Shown piece after piece: positions 46,737 through 56,754 of a DNA stretch of 64,000 nt. The notes beneath the pieces were generated by a model that was not told the origin of the DNA, ran no database searches, and was given only the letters and a program-made list of their open reading frames with translations. Location: assembly GCA_041664265.1 (NCBI GenBank), contig JBAYLD010000003.1, forward strand, positions 7,988 to 71,987, in the 5' to 3' direction. Origin of the DNA: Minisyncoccota bacterium (GTDB lineage Bacteria > Patescibacteriota > Minisyncoccia > Phycocordibacterales > Phycocordibacteraceae). The position numbers were made by a program, and so were the translations under genes. Position 1 is the stretch's first letter, and each line of letters begins with the position of its first letter.

Positions 46737-47252
46737 ATGGCAGTTATCAAACATCCGGCTCAGCGTGTGGGCGTATTCATCGACACGCAAAATCTCTATC
46801 ACAGTGCCAAACATCTCTACAAGGCGCGCGTCAACTTCGGTAAGATTCTCGAAGAGGCCGTCGGTGGTCGTATCCTTGTGCGCGCGATCGCCTATGTGAT
46901 CTCGACCGAGAGCGGCGAAGAAAAGAACTTCTTTGAAGCGCTCACCAAGATGGGCATCGAGACCAAAGTGAAGGATCTCCAGATCTTCGCCGACGGCGCT
47001 AAGAAGGCCGACTGGGACGTTGGTTTGGCTATCGACGCGGTCAAGCTCGCCCCCAAGCTCGACACGGTCATCCTTGTTACGGGCGACGGTGATTTCGTCC
47101 CTTTGATCCAATATCTTGATATGAATGAAGGGTGCCAGGTTGAGGTTATCTCTTTCGGCAAATCTTCTTCAAGCAAGTTAAAAGAGGCGGCGCACGCCTT
47201 CACCGATATGTGCGACGACCCAAAGAAATTCACCATCTCCTCGCGCGGATAA
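46737..47252 (+). CDS. NYN domain (LabA/DUF88) protein
   Basis: VFID.QN, KADWDV...ID, VTGDGDF.PL. Confidence 0.9.
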   Translation: MAVIKHPAQRVGVFIDTQNLYHSAKHLYKARVNFGKILEEAVGGRILVRAIAYVISTESGEEKNFFEALTKMGIETKVKDLQIFADGAKKADWDVGLAIDAVKLAPKLDTVILVTGDGDFVPLIQYLDMNEGCQVEVISFGKSSSSKLKEAAHAFTDMCDDPKKFTISSRG

Positions 47253-47292
47253 CGCACATTACGCTGTGCGGATGCGTTACTATAGAGAGTGA

Positions 47293-48375
47293 ATGGACAC
47301 TGAGGAAACCAAACTGAAAAAATATATCCGCACATTCGCGGGCGATATTGAGGCGGTGCAGAAGGGTAGTACACCCGATCTCGTCCCTCTTGCCGAGTCG
47401 AGACCACCCTCGCTAGAAACTCCACCGCTTCCGCCACCTCCACCACCCACAACGTCGGAGCCATCTCTTGTGCCGACACCAATCCCCGTATCGAATGTGG
47501 GACACGTGTCGATTTCTCCTTTATCTATCCCGATAGCGAAGGTTGAACCGCCTTCGTCGAAGCCTGACGTGTCTCCGCTTGAGACCTATGCGGGCGATTT
47601 TGCCGATCGGATGGAGAGCACGAACGCCTCGTCGGCGACCGTACTCGCCGCTGAACAAGATGCGGCGCCAAAAGTTCCCCAGCCTGTACAAAAATCTTCC
47701 CACGGCATTCTCTATGTTTGTGCGGGGATCGCGCTTCTTGTCGTCGGCGGATGGGGCATGTATGCCGCGTATACGCGCGATCTAGACATCGCTCCGTCCG
47801 CTCTGCTTGAGCCAGATGTCTCGCCAATATTCGTTGACGAGCGAGAGCGGATTTCAGGTACGGGTTCCGTGCTTCTGCGCGCAATCGAACAGTCGGCAAG
47901 CCGCCCGCTTGCTCCTGGTGCCGTTCGGCTCCTCTCTCTTGCCGACACAGTCGACACCAGCATCTTCTCTGCGCTCCAGTTCCCGGCGCCCGATAAGCTC
48001 CTGCGCAATGTCGATGATGCAGGAAGCATAGCTGGGGTGTTAGATATCGGTGACAAACAAAATCCGTTTTTTATACTTGCCGTCGTTTCGTATGGCGAAA
48101 CTTTTTCTGGCATGCTCTCGTGGGAGCCAGTGATGCCGCGCGATCTCGCACAACTATTTCCTTTGTACTCTGTGGCATCAACGACAGCGACGACGACTAC
48201 GGCCGGATTCCGGGATGAGGCCGTCCAGAATCATGATATACGCGTCTATCGCGATGCGACCGGCCGAAGCATTATCGCCTATGGCTACCGCGACCAGAGG
48301 ACACTCGTCATCGCGCGCGACCCGGCGGCATGGGGCGAGATAGCAGACCGACTTGCCTCCTCACGAACACGCTGA
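47293..48375 (+). CDS. Hypothetical single-pass membrane protein
   Basis: Repeated IRTFAGD/LETYAGD motif, Pro-rich linker, TM helix, F.GML.WE motif. Confidence 0.7.
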   Translation: MDTEETKLKKYIRTFAGDIEAVQKGSTPDLVPLAESRPPSLETPPLPPPPPPTTSEPSLVPTPIPVSNVGHVSISPLSIPIAKVEPPSSKPDVSPLETYAGDFADRMESTNASSATVLAAEQDAAPKVPQPVQKSSHGILYVCAGIALLVVGGWGMYAAYTRDLDIAPSALLEPDVSPIFVDERERISGTGSVLLRAIEQSASRPLAPGAVRLLSLADTVDTSIFSALQFPAPDKLLRNVDDAGSIAGVLDIGDKQNPFFILAVVSYGETFSGMLSWEPVMPRDLAQLFPLYSVASTTATTTTAGFRDEAVQNHDIRVYRDATGRSIIAYGYRDQRTLVIARDPAAWGEIADRLASSRTR

Positions 48376-48399
48376 CAACTATCTGCTATCATCCAAACC

Positions 48400-48750
48400 A
48401 TGCAAACAACTTATTTCAAAGCAAAACTTGAAGCGGAGAAGACGAAGTTAGAATCAGAGATGGGAAGCGTCGGACGCAAGAATACGGCGGTTCCGAACGA
48501 TTGGGAGCCGGTACCCTCCGAGATTGGCACCGAGGCGGATCTTATCGATCAGGCCGATGTCATCGTGAGTCATGAAGGCAATGCCGCTATCCTCGCCGAT
48601 CTCGAGGCGCGCTATGACACGGTTCTCGCCGCTCTTTCGAGAATTGAGGGACATACCTATGGAATGTGCGAAGTGTGCGGCGGGATGATAGAAGATGTAC
48701 GTCTTGAGGCTGATCCCGCTGCCGAGACCTGCATCGCGCACGTATCCTAG
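48400..48750 (+). CDS. TraR/DksA family zinc-finger protein
   Basis: D..D.A, AL.RI...TYG.CEVCG..I...RLEA.P.A..CI.H. Confidence 0.88.
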   Translation: MQTTYFKAKLEAEKTKLESEMGSVGRKNTAVPNDWEPVPSEIGTEADLIDQADVIVSHEGNAAILADLEARYDTVLAALSRIEGHTYGMCEVCGGMIEDVRLEADPAAETCIAHVS

Positions 48751-48752
48751 CA

Positions 48753-50333
48753 ATGCCCGCTCCTTCACCCAAAGCTTCGAAGGGCACCGTGCCCCCTCTT
48801 CAGAAAAAGAAGATACCGAAGCTCGGGTACGCAAAGACGCTTGCTGCGCAGCCGGTCGGGTCGGGTGCAGAAATGGTCGTCGTCGAGGCCGATCTCACGC
48901 GCGGTCTGCACAACTTCTCGGTAGTCGGCCTCGCTGACAAGGCGGTTGAAGAGGCTCGCGATAGGGTGAGCGCCGCGATCCGCCATTCCGGCTACAAGCC
49001 GCCCAAGCAACAGAACAAGCGTATCGTCCTCTCGCTCTCGCCGGCCGATTTGAAAAAAGAGGGTTCGCATTATGATCTCGCACTCGCGCTTGCGTATCTT
49101 ATTGCCGCGGGCGATTTAAAACCGCTCATCGAAGATATGCTCTTTATTGGTGAACTCGCTCTCGATGGGGGAGTGCGAGCGGTGCGCGGTGTGCTCCCAC
49201 AAGTGTTAGTGGCAAAGCGCAAAGGGGTCAAAACTATTTTTGTACCGACAGGAAACGCGCGCGAGGCGCTTCTTGCTGAGGACGTCGCGATTTATGCACC
49301 AGCAACACTCTCAGAGCTTCTCGAGCACTTGAATGGAGAAAAGAAGTTACCGCGCCTCACGCGCGATCGACAGGTGCCAGCTCCGCCGCCCGCCCTCGAC
49401 CTCGCTGATGTGAAGGGGCAGGAGAGTGCTAAACGCGCGCTTGAGATAGCCGCCGCCGGTCGTCACAATATCGTCTTTTACGGTCCGCCTGGGACGGGTA
49501 AAACAATGCTTGCCCGCGCGCTCGCGGGCATCCTCCCGCCTCTCTCTGACGACGACATGCTTGAGGTAACGGCGATCCACTCAACGGCAGGGTTGCTTGC
49601 TGACGGTGAAGCAGTGCATTGGCCGCCGTTTCGCGCGCCTCACCACTCGATATCGCACGTCGCGATCGTGGGCGGCGGCACCTTCCCGAAGGCGGGCGAG
49701 GTGACGCTCGCACACAAGGGCGTCCTTTTCTTAGACGAATTCCCCGAGTTCGATTCGCGCACGCTCGAGGCGCTCCGGCAACCGCTCGAGGACCGTATCG
49801 TTACGGTCTCGCGCGCCCGGGCGACCATCACCTTCCCGGCCGACTGCATGATTGTCGCGGCGATGAATCCGGCGAACACGCTCTCTGAAGATTCTCGCGC
49901 CACCTTTCGCGCGGCGGTGAAGCAGGCGCGCCGCATCAGCCGGCCCATCGTTGACCGCTTGGATCTCTGGATCGAGGTGCCGCTCGTCCCGCACGACACT
50001 CTCGCGAAACTTTCAACCGGCGAATCATCTGCAAAAGTGCGTGAACGCGTAGTCGCCGCCCGCACGCGGGCTGAAAAAAGGACAGGCAAACAGGGTATGA
50101 CGAACGCGGCACTCTCGGGCCGCCAGCTCGACGAGAAAAGCGGTTTTAGCGTCGTGGCGAAAGAGGCACTGACGAACGCCGCCGCACGCCTGCATCTCTC
50201 GCCGCGCAGCTATCACCGCACGATGCGCGTTGCGCGCACGATCGCCGACCTTGCCGGCGCCGACACGGTTACCCCCGCCTTTGTTCACGAAGCGCTCCAG
50301 TATCGCCCCCGTGGCCTCTTCGGGTTTGAATGA
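48753..50333 (+). CDS. comM: YifB/ComM family Mg-chelatase-like ATPase
   Basis: [58 protein letters not shown]. Confidence 0.9.
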   Translation: MPAPSPKASKGTVPPLQKKKIPKLGYAKTLAAQPVGSGAEMVVVEADLTRGLHNFSVVGLADKAVEEARDRVSAAIRHSGYKPPKQQNKRIVLSLSPADLKKEGSHYDLALALAYLIAAGDLKPLIEDMLFIGELALDGGVRAVRGVLPQVLVAKRKGVKTIFVPTGNAREALLAEDVAIYAPATLSELLEHLNGEKKLPRLTRDRQVPAPPPALDLADVKGQESAKRALEIAAAGRHNIVFYGPPGTGKTMLARALAGILPPLSDDDMLEVTAIHSTAGLLADGEAVHWPPFRAPHHSISHVAIVGGGTFPKAGEVTLAHKGVLFLDEFPEFDSRTLEALRQPLEDRIVTVSRARATITFPADCMIVAAMNPANTLSEDSRATFRAAVKQARRISRPIVDRLDLWIEVPLVPHDTLAKLSTGESSAKVRERVVAARTRAEKRTGKQGMTNAALSGRQLDEKSGFSVVAKEALTNAAARLHLSPRSYHRTMRVARTIADLAGADTVTPAFVHEALQYRPRGLFGFE

Positions 50334-50359
50334 AATCTAGACGTTTAAATCTTTGAATA

Positions 50360-51433
50360 TCACTGAGGAGAGCAGACTCTGCCGACGGTGCAGGTGCGCA
50401 GCGGATTCGTCGCACCGCGCACTTCGAAGTGGAGGTGGGTGCCGGTCGATCGGCCGGTCGATCCGACATAGCCGATGACCTGTCCTTGTACCACAGATTG
50501 CCCGACGCTCACCGAATTTTTGTTGTTGTGGGAATAGAGCGTTTGCGTTCCGTTGGAGTGCTGGATCACGATGTAGTTCCCATATCCGCCGTTCCAACCG
50601 CCACCTCCGCGTACGACAATGACGGTGCCGTTTGCTGCCGCATATATCGGCGTGCCGCGCGGTGCGCCAAGATCGATACCATTCCACCCGTGGATACCTT
50701 GAGTGAGAATGGCGCCCGGCAGAGGATTGATGAAGAAGCCCGGCAAGAACTTCCCGCTCCCTCCTTGATACGAGGGGGTGAACGAATCACGGCCGATCGA
50801 AGTTTTTCCGGCGGGGACAGTGGCGGAAAGCTCTCCGCCCGGGATGATGATCGTCGAGCCGATAGCGAGGGGCTTCCCGGAGTCAAGGCCGTTAAAGGTC
50901 GCGATCTCGTCAGCGTCAGCGCCATATTTTTTTGCGAGCGACTTCAAGGTATCGCCCTTTACTACCGTGCGCTCGACGCCGGAGACCGGTAGGATAATGA
51001 GCGTATCGCCCGAATGCACGTCGCGTGCGCTCTTGAGGTTATTTGCCCATAAAACGGTATTCATCGAAACGCCGAACATGTCCGCGATGTCAGAGAGCGT
51101 ATCGCCCGGGCGTACGACATATACTGAGATGCGGTCAGACGGTGCCGCGCCTGCGACATCGGCGATCGTGCCGGACGGGCCAGTATAGGCGAGGAGGGCG
51201 ACGTCTCCGCTCGTTTGGAGATGGTCGCTTAGTCCCTTGTTCGGGTTCGGATCAAGGTTTGTTGCGGCCTTCAGGTAGTAGGGCGGAGCCGACGAATCAG
51301 GGGTATGTGCTGCCGATGTAGCGCCGGCCGATTGTGAAAACGGCCAGAACGCGTCAACGTGGCTCGGTATACTCAGTATGGCGGACGCGATAATCGCGAT
51401 CCCCGGTATAAAAATCTGTTGGTAGGATTTGAT
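50360..51433 (-). CDS. LysM plus M23 peptidase; true start upstream of the listed ORF and probably non-canonical
   Basis: Two LysM repeats (YVVRPGDTLS, VVKGDTLK), H..NGIDL, Y.H, TG.HLHFEVR; frame open to 51457 and encodes a signal peptide. Confidence 0.85.
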   Translation of the reverse strand: MKSYQQIFIPGIAIIASAILSIPSHVDAFWPFSQSAGATSAAHTPDSSAPPYYLKAATNLDPNPNKGLSDHLQTSGDVALLAYTGPSGTIADVAGAAPSDRISVYVVRPGDTLSDIADMFGVSMNTVLWANNLKSARDVHSGDTLIILPVSGVERTVVKGDTLKSLAKKYGADADEIATFNGLDSGKPLAIGSTIIIPGGELSATVPAGKTSIGRDSFTPSYQGGSGKFLPGFFINPLPGAILTQGIHGWNGIDLGAPRGTPIYAAANGTVIVVRGGGGWNGGYGNYIVIQHSNGTQTLYSHNNKNSVSVGQSVVQGQVIGYVGSTGRSTGTHLHFEVRGATNPLRTCTVGRVCSPQ

Positions 51434-51673
51434 AGGTAAACAAGGGGAAACGGTGGATCAGCGCATACAAAAATGGCTTACATACAAGATATAAGCCATT
51501 TCTTTCATACAACCTTAATCAGCGATACCACGAGTATAGCCGAAGAGGGGTGGGAGTCAACCGCCTCTCCGGATGCCTGTGGAGAGTGATTTATAAGGTA
51601 TACCCAGCACTCACGGTGAGAAATTTTACCGTTATCCTTTGTGTGAGGGTGAGTGCTCGGGTATATTTGGGTA

Positions 51674-53587
51674 GTGAAATACCTTGAAGGATTAAACGAA
51701 GCGCAAAAACGCGCGGTGCTCGAGACAAGCGGCCCTATTTCAGTCTTAGCTGGCGCCGGGAGCGGCAAGACGCGCGTCTTGACGACGCGGATCTATCATC
51801 TTATCCGCGAAGGAGTGCCCGCGGAGCAGATTCTCGCGGTCACGTTTACCAACAAGGCGGCCCGCGAGATGCGTGCTCGTGTGCGCGCGATGTTGGGAGA
51901 GGGAGGGGTGGTTCCTTTCATTGCGACCTTCCACGGTCTTGGGCGCGAGCTTCTTGAGAGTTATGGGAGCACTATCGGCATCTCACGTTTTTTCAACATC
52001 TATGATCGTGCTGATTCAGAAAAAGTGATTGCAGCGGCGCTGAAGAGCCTTGATGTCGAGACGAAAGAGCTCTCACCGCGCGCAGTGATGGCGCGTATCT
52101 CGCGCCAGAAGGGTGAGGGCATGCGCGCGCCAGAGTTTTATGAGAAGCAGAGCCGCGGCAGTTTTGGTGCGCGCATCGTTGCCGAAGTGTGGCTGCGGTA
52201 TGAGAAGGCTCTCAAAGAAGAGAAATCACTTGATTTTGATGATCTCATTGCGCTCCCGGTGCGATTGCTCGAGGAGCATGCCGACATCCGGGCGCTCGCG
52301 CAGGCGCGCTGGAACTATATCCATATTGACGAATACCAGGATACGAACAGTTTGCAGGAGCAGTTAGCAGGAATCCTCGCGGAGAAACACCAGAATCTCT
52401 TTGTCGTGGGAGATGGCGACCAAGCGATCTACGGGTGGCGCGGTGCGAAGATGGAAAATATCTTGAACTTCGAGAAGAAATATCCCCAGGCGCAGACGAT
52501 TATCCTTGAGCGCAATTATCGCTCGACGAAGAATCTGGTGGACGCGGCAAATGCGGTCATCGAGAAGAATAAGAACCGTAAGGAAAAACGTTCAACGACC
52601 GAACAAGCGGCAGGCGAACCGATTATCGTGCATATGTCGGTAAACGCTGAAGATGAGGCACGCTGGATCGCGCGACGAGTACAGCACTTGATGTCAGAAG
52701 GGCAGAAACCTGAAGATATGGCGATACTCTTCCGCACGAACTTCCAATCGCGCGCGCTCGAAGAAGGGTTGCTGAACGCTGGTGTGCCGTACCGGCTGCT
52801 CGGTACGCACTTCTTCGCGCGCAAGGAGGTGAAGGACGCGCTCAGCTGGATGCGGCTCGCGCTCGACCCTTCGCGTGAGGCGGACAAGATGCGCGCGGCC
52901 TCTTCGCCACCGCGCGGCATCGGCAAGGTAACGCTCGGCAAGCTCGTCGAGGGACAGCGCGCCCTATTGCGCGCAGGCGAGCTTGGTAAAGTCGAACAGT
53001 TTGAACGCGTTATAACAGAGCTCGCGAATGCCGTGGAGACACTCGTGCCTTCTGAATTCGTAAAATTAGTGATCGAGAAGAGCGGTATGCGCCGGGCCCT
53101 TCTTGACGAGGGGAGCGAAGAAGATCGGGAGCGATTTGAGAATATTGAGGAGCTCGCCTCGGTCGCCGTGCGGCATGACGGCGCAGTAGGGAAGGAGGGT
53201 ATTGCAGCGTTTCTCGCTGAAGCGGTACTGGCGGGCGACCAAGACGAGATGGATCGCCCCCAAAGCCCACAAGGAGTCACCTTGATGACCGTTCATGCGG
53301 CGAAAGGGCTCGAGTTCGACACGGTCTTTGTGAGCGGGATGGAGGAGGGGCTCTTCCCGCACCAAGGTATGGGTGACAGTAATCGCGACGATGAAGAGGA
53401 GCGCCGGCTCTTCTATGTCGCGATGACGCGCGCCAAGGTGCGCCTCATTCTCACTCTCGCGCATATCCGCAAGATCTACGGGAGTGACACGTATGCGGCC
53501 CCTTCTTCCTTCCTTGCCGACATCGATCCGGCACTGATGGTCTATGACGAGACGGACGGAGAGAATGTTATCGACATGTGCGCCTAA
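51674..53587 (+). CDS. pcrA: ATP-dependent DNA helicase PcrA/UvrD
   Basis: AGAGSGKT, TFTNKAA, DEYQDTN, NYRS, MTVHAAKGLEF, EERRLFYVA.TRA. Confidence 0.95.
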   Translation: MKYLEGLNEAQKRAVLETSGPISVLAGAGSGKTRVLTTRIYHLIREGVPAEQILAVTFTNKAAREMRARVRAMLGEGGVVPFIATFHGLGRELLESYGSTIGISRFFNIYDRADSEKVIAAALKSLDVETKELSPRAVMARISRQKGEGMRAPEFYEKQSRGSFGARIVAEVWLRYEKALKEEKSLDFDDLIALPVRLLEEHADIRALAQARWNYIHIDEYQDTNSLQEQLAGILAEKHQNLFVVGDGDQAIYGWRGAKMENILNFEKKYPQAQTIILERNYRSTKNLVDAANAVIEKNKNRKEKRSTTEQAAGEPIIVHMSVNAEDEARWIARRVQHLMSEGQKPEDMAILFRTNFQSRALEEGLLNAGVPYRLLGTHFFARKEVKDALSWMRLALDPSREADKMRAASSPPRGIGKVTLGKLVEGQRALLRAGELGKVEQFERVITELANAVETLVPSEFVKLVIEKSGMRRALLDEGSEEDRERFENIEELASVAVRHDGAVGKEGIAAFLAEAVLAGDQDEMDRPQSPQGVTLMTVHAAKGLEFDTVFVSGMEEGLFPHQGMGDSNRDDEEERRLFYVAMTRAKVRLILTLAHIRKIYGSDTYAAPSSFLADIDPALMVYDETDGENVIDMCA

Positions 53588-53591
53588 TGTC

Positions 53592-54251
53592 TTACGGCAA
53601 CACGAATGTCGCCGTGCGAATTTTTTCTCTACGTTCGCCTCCTCTCGTCGCTTTGTAAATCTCCGCCGAGATTGTCTTTGTTGAAGCGTCGAACGAAACA
53701 GTGAAATTTCCGCCGCCAAGGCCCGCGCTTTCCTGATAGGTTTCTACGCTCGAGAGCTTCGAGTTCGGGACGCTTTTGATCGAAGATTTTCCGACTTCGT
53801 AATAAAATATCTCGTTGAGATTGGTCGAGATGGCATACGTGTCTGATTCAATATATCCGTCATCTAACCTCAAATTAGCGCCCTCTCCGATCTTTCTCCA
53901 GTTTTCTCTGTCTACCAAGAGGAAAGTGGTTCCCTTTGGGGTACCGCAACCGATAAGCGCTCTGAACGGATCGTAATATTTCAGCACACAACTAGAGATC
54001 GGCTGAGTAAGAAGTCCGATCGTGTCGTTTCCGAGCGTGTCGTAATACGCGCCCACGAGCTTTTTCTCCTCGGAGGAGAGATTCTCATAGAAGGCCTTTT
54101 CGCCAAGCAGGATCTCGCTTTGGGTTGCTGGACTGTATCCGGAATTTTTCCGTGTCTCCTGCGCATACATCCATACCCCGATACCGACGAGAACGACAAC
54201 AACAAACATAAGTACAAATACAGAGACAGAACTTTTTCTGGAATTTTCCAT
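53592..54251 (-). CDS. Hypothetical membrane-anchored protein
   Basis: 219-aa ORF with N-terminal TM helix. Confidence 0.7.
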   Translation of the reverse strand: MENSRKSSVSVFVLMFVVVVLVGIGVWMYAQETRKNSGYSPATQSEILLGEKAFYENLSSEEKKLVGAYYDTLGNDTIGLLTQPISSCVLKYYDPFRALIGCGTPKGTTFLLVDRENWRKIGEGANLRLDDGYIESDTYAISTNLNEIFYYEVGKSSIKSVPNSKLSSVETYQESAGLGGGNFTVSFDASTKTISAEIYKATRGGERREKIRTATFVLP

Positions 54252-54329
54252 GTCAGAAGTGTACTCCTGGAATATTAATTCTCAATGAGATCATTGCATC
54301 TTAATCCGCAGGTGATACACTTTTGATAT

Positions 54330-54575
54330 ATGGCTACAACAAAGGAACGGATTTTGGTGACCCTTACGCCCGAGATGTCTCGGGAATTAAAGGCACGTGC
54401 TAAACGTGAAAAAAGTCCTCGAGCAACAATTGCAACACGTCTGCTTCGAGATGCGATAGAAGATATTTCTGACGAAGAAGACCGTTACCTCTCAGTAGTC
54501 GGTGACCGGATACTTGCAACAACGAAACGTTGGTATTCGCACGAAGAAGTTTGGGGGAAGAATTGTGGGAAATAA
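54330..54575 (+). CDS. Putative antitoxin (ribbon-helix-helix-like)
   Basis: MATTKERILVTL N-terminal strand, acidic ED..L middle, SHEEVW end; directly upstream of a RelE-like gene. Confidence 0.75.
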   Translation: MATTKERILVTLTPEMSRELKARAKREKSPRATIATRLLRDAIEDISDEEDRYLSVVGDRILATTKRWYSHEEVWGKNCGK

Positions 54576-54580
54576 AACCC

Positions 54581-54844
54581 ATGTACCAAATCCAATACTC
54601 GGGTCATGTACGATCTGTAGAAATTCCTAAGCTGGATCCTGCGATAAGGATGGTCATCCTGCAGGCAATTGAACTCAAGCTCATGACCGCACCTGAAGTG
54701 TTTGGAAAACCTCTTCGACATACGCTACGTTTGTTGCGAGCGCTTCGTGTTGGTGATTGGCGGGTAGTCTATCAGCTCTCGGGCGAGGTTGTGTACGTGG
54801 TGACCATCCGACACCGCAGACAAGGCTATGACGATCTTTCATAA
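54581..54844 (+). CDS. RelE/ParE family toxin
   Basis: Y.I.Y, GKPL...L..LR.LRVGD.RVVY, IRHR. Confidence 0.85.
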   Translation: MYQIQYSGHVRSVEIPKLDPAIRMVILQAIELKLMTAPEVFGKPLRHTLRLLRALRVGDWRVVYQLSGEVVYVVTIRHRRQGYDDLS

Positions 54845-55667
54845 AACAAAGAAATCACTCGGGCAGAATTTTTTGATGCATACGCGCATCGCAGAGCGAA
54901 TTGCTGATGCGGCCAAGCTCGCATCGGATGCGACTGTGCTCGAGATCGGTCCGGGGACGGGGATGCTCACGCGAGAACTTTTGAAAAAAGCGAAAAAAGT
55001 AATCGCAGTTGAGGCCGACCAAGAACTTTTTGAAAAACTACAGGCTGATTTTGCAAGTGAAATCGCCTCTGGTCAGCTCGAGCTCATCTACGGCGACATC
55101 CGCAACGTGTACCTTAATTTACGCTATAGCGTAAAAGATGGTACATCTGAAAAGTATGAAATAGTGGCGAATATTCCGTATTATCTGACCGGGGAGATTT
55201 TCAGAATGTTCCTCACGGCCGAGCATCAGCCAAGCTCGATGACGCTCTTGGTGCAGAAAGAGGTTGCGGAGAGAATAGCGCGGAGCAACCCCGACGCGAA
55301 GCGGTCGGGGCCCCGACCAAAGCGTCGGGGGAAAGAATCAATTCTCTCGCTCTCGGTTAAGGCGTTTGGGATGCCAAAGTATGAATTCACGGTCCCGCGC
55401 GGCGCCTTCATGCCCGCACCCAAGGTAGATTCTGCAGTGCTCGCTATCCGCGACATCTCGCGCAAGAATTTTGCCTCGCACGCCCAAGAGGAACAATTTT
55501 TCAAACTTTTGCACGCCGGATTCGCTCATAAGCGCAAATTTGTCCGCAAAAATCTCTTGGAGGCTTCGCTTCCGCAAGGCGAGATCCCAGAGAAGGCTCG
55601 TGCCGAGGATGTACCGCTTGAAACATGGCTTGCTTTGAGCAAGGTCGAGGGGCTCGCAACTCTGTAG
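54828..55667 (+). CDS. rsmA: 16S rRNA adenine dimethyltransferase RsmA/KsgA with two in-frame palindromic inserts
   Basis: KKSLGQNFL, VLEIGPGTG, VANIPYY, LVQKEVAERI, F.PAPKVDSAV. Confidence 0.95.
   Translation: MTIFHKTKKSLGQNFLMHTRIAERIADAAKLASDATVLEIGPGTGMLTRELLKKAKKVIAVEADQELFEKLQADFASEIASGQLELIYGDIRNVYLNLRYSVKDGTSEKYEIVANIPYYLTGEIFRMFLTAEHQPSSMTLLVQKEVAERIARSNPDAKRSGPRPKRRGKESILSLSVKAFGMPKYEFTVPRGAFMPAPKVDSAVLAIRDISRKNFASHAQEEQFFKLLHAGFAHKRKFVRKNLLEASLPQGEIPEKARAEDVPLETWLALSKVEGLATL
55107..55146. repeat. Family A palindromic element in frame inside rsmA
   Basis: gtgtaccttaatttacgctatagcgtaaa identical to 1096-1124, then agatggtaca; encodes VYLNLRYSVKDGT. Confidence 0.9.
55289..55330. repeat. 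Family B 42-bp double hairpin in frame inside rsmA
   Basis: ccccgac-N8-gtcgggg followed by ccccgac-N6-gtcgggg; encodes PDAKRSGPRPKRRG. Confidence 0.85.
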
Positions 55668-55716
55668 ACAACCGCTTCTTTCCAGTAAGGAGACTGCTAT
55701 ACTTTAAAGCGATACT

Positions 55717-56754
55717 ATGGGGAGGATTCTCGAACATTGGCGTATACCTGCCGCGGTGCTTTTTTCGGCGATGCTGATTGTGGGCGCATACCTGTTTGCG
55801 CGCGGTATCGGGTCGCCTTCTACCGCAGAGGCTTCAGCCGAATCGGCGCTCCTAAAGGCGATCGCGACGAAGGATTCAGATGCCGACGGTCTCCCTGATT
55901 GGGAGGAGGCGCTGTATGGCTCTGATCCGCGCACTATTGATTCTTTCAACCTCGGAATGACTGATGGCGAAGCAGTTGCGAGAGGTCTGGTTGTGCCAAA
56001 GGCTATTGCTAATATAAAAGTCGCGACCTCAACCGCGTCAGGTGCGTTTATTGCGGACGATTCGCTTCCGCCCGCTCCCGCAGAAGGAACTATCACCGCC
56101 GCATTCGCAAAAAATTTCTTCACGCTCTACCTTGCTGCAAAGCAGGCAAACGGCGGCGCGGATCTCTCTGAAGCGGAGATAACCGATATTTCTGATCGGG
56201 CGCTGAGTTCGCTCTCGTCGTCGGTCACCGCCACGCCCGATTTCAAGTCAACGAGTGACCTCAAAATTTCAGGATCTGGCGCGGATGCCCTACGGGCCTT
56301 TGCGGTGAGCGCAGAGGCGATCCTTCTGAAGAACACCAGCAGCGCGACGACTAGCGAGATCAATTATCTTCGGTACGCGGTTGAAGGCGATGATGCAGTA
56401 GCGCTGTCACACATCATCTCGATAGCGAAGGCATACCGGAACTCTGCAGCCGGGCTCTCGGTGCTCTCGGTGCCTGCCGAGCTTGCGGCAGACGATCTCG
56501 CACTCATCAATGCGATGGCGCGGGTGAGCGAGATAACGACCGACTTCGCGCGCGTGGAGACCGACCCGATGGCAACCATGCTCGCACTCCAGCAGTATCC
56601 GCAGGCGGTGCTCGCACTTGGTACTGCCTTTATCAACATCGGCAGGATATACGCGACCGCCAGCATCACCTTGCCCGCCGGTTCGCCGGGTGCCTCTTTC
56701 GCCAATCTCATGGTAGATGTTGCGAACCAGCAGGCCGTTGCTAAAAAGCCATGA
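55717..56754 (+). CDS. Hypothetical membrane-anchored protein with Ca-binding TSP3-like motif
   Basis: TM helix, then DSDADGLPDWEE..YG.DP. Confidence 0.72.
   Translation: MGRILEHWRIPAAVLFSAMLIVGAYLFARGIGSPSTAEASAESALLKAIATKDSDADGLPDWEEALYGSDPRTIDSFNLGMTDGEAVARGLVVPKAIANIKVATSTASGAFIADDSLPPAPAEGTITAAFAKNFFTLYLAAKQANGGADLSEAEITDISDRALSSLSSSVTATPDFKSTSDLKISGSGADALRAFAVSAEAILLKNTSSATTSEINYLRYAVEGDDAVALSHIISIAKAYRNSAAGLSVLSVPAELAADDLALINAMARVSEITTDFARVETDPMATMLALQQYPQAVLALGTAFINIGRIYATASITLPAGSPGASFANLMVDVANQQAVAKKP

Noticed and set aside
51458-51460. TGA recoded as a sense codon (code 25/4)
   Set aside because: Many conserved genes here end properly at TGA (ruvB, rny, cca, comM) and none shows an internal TGA
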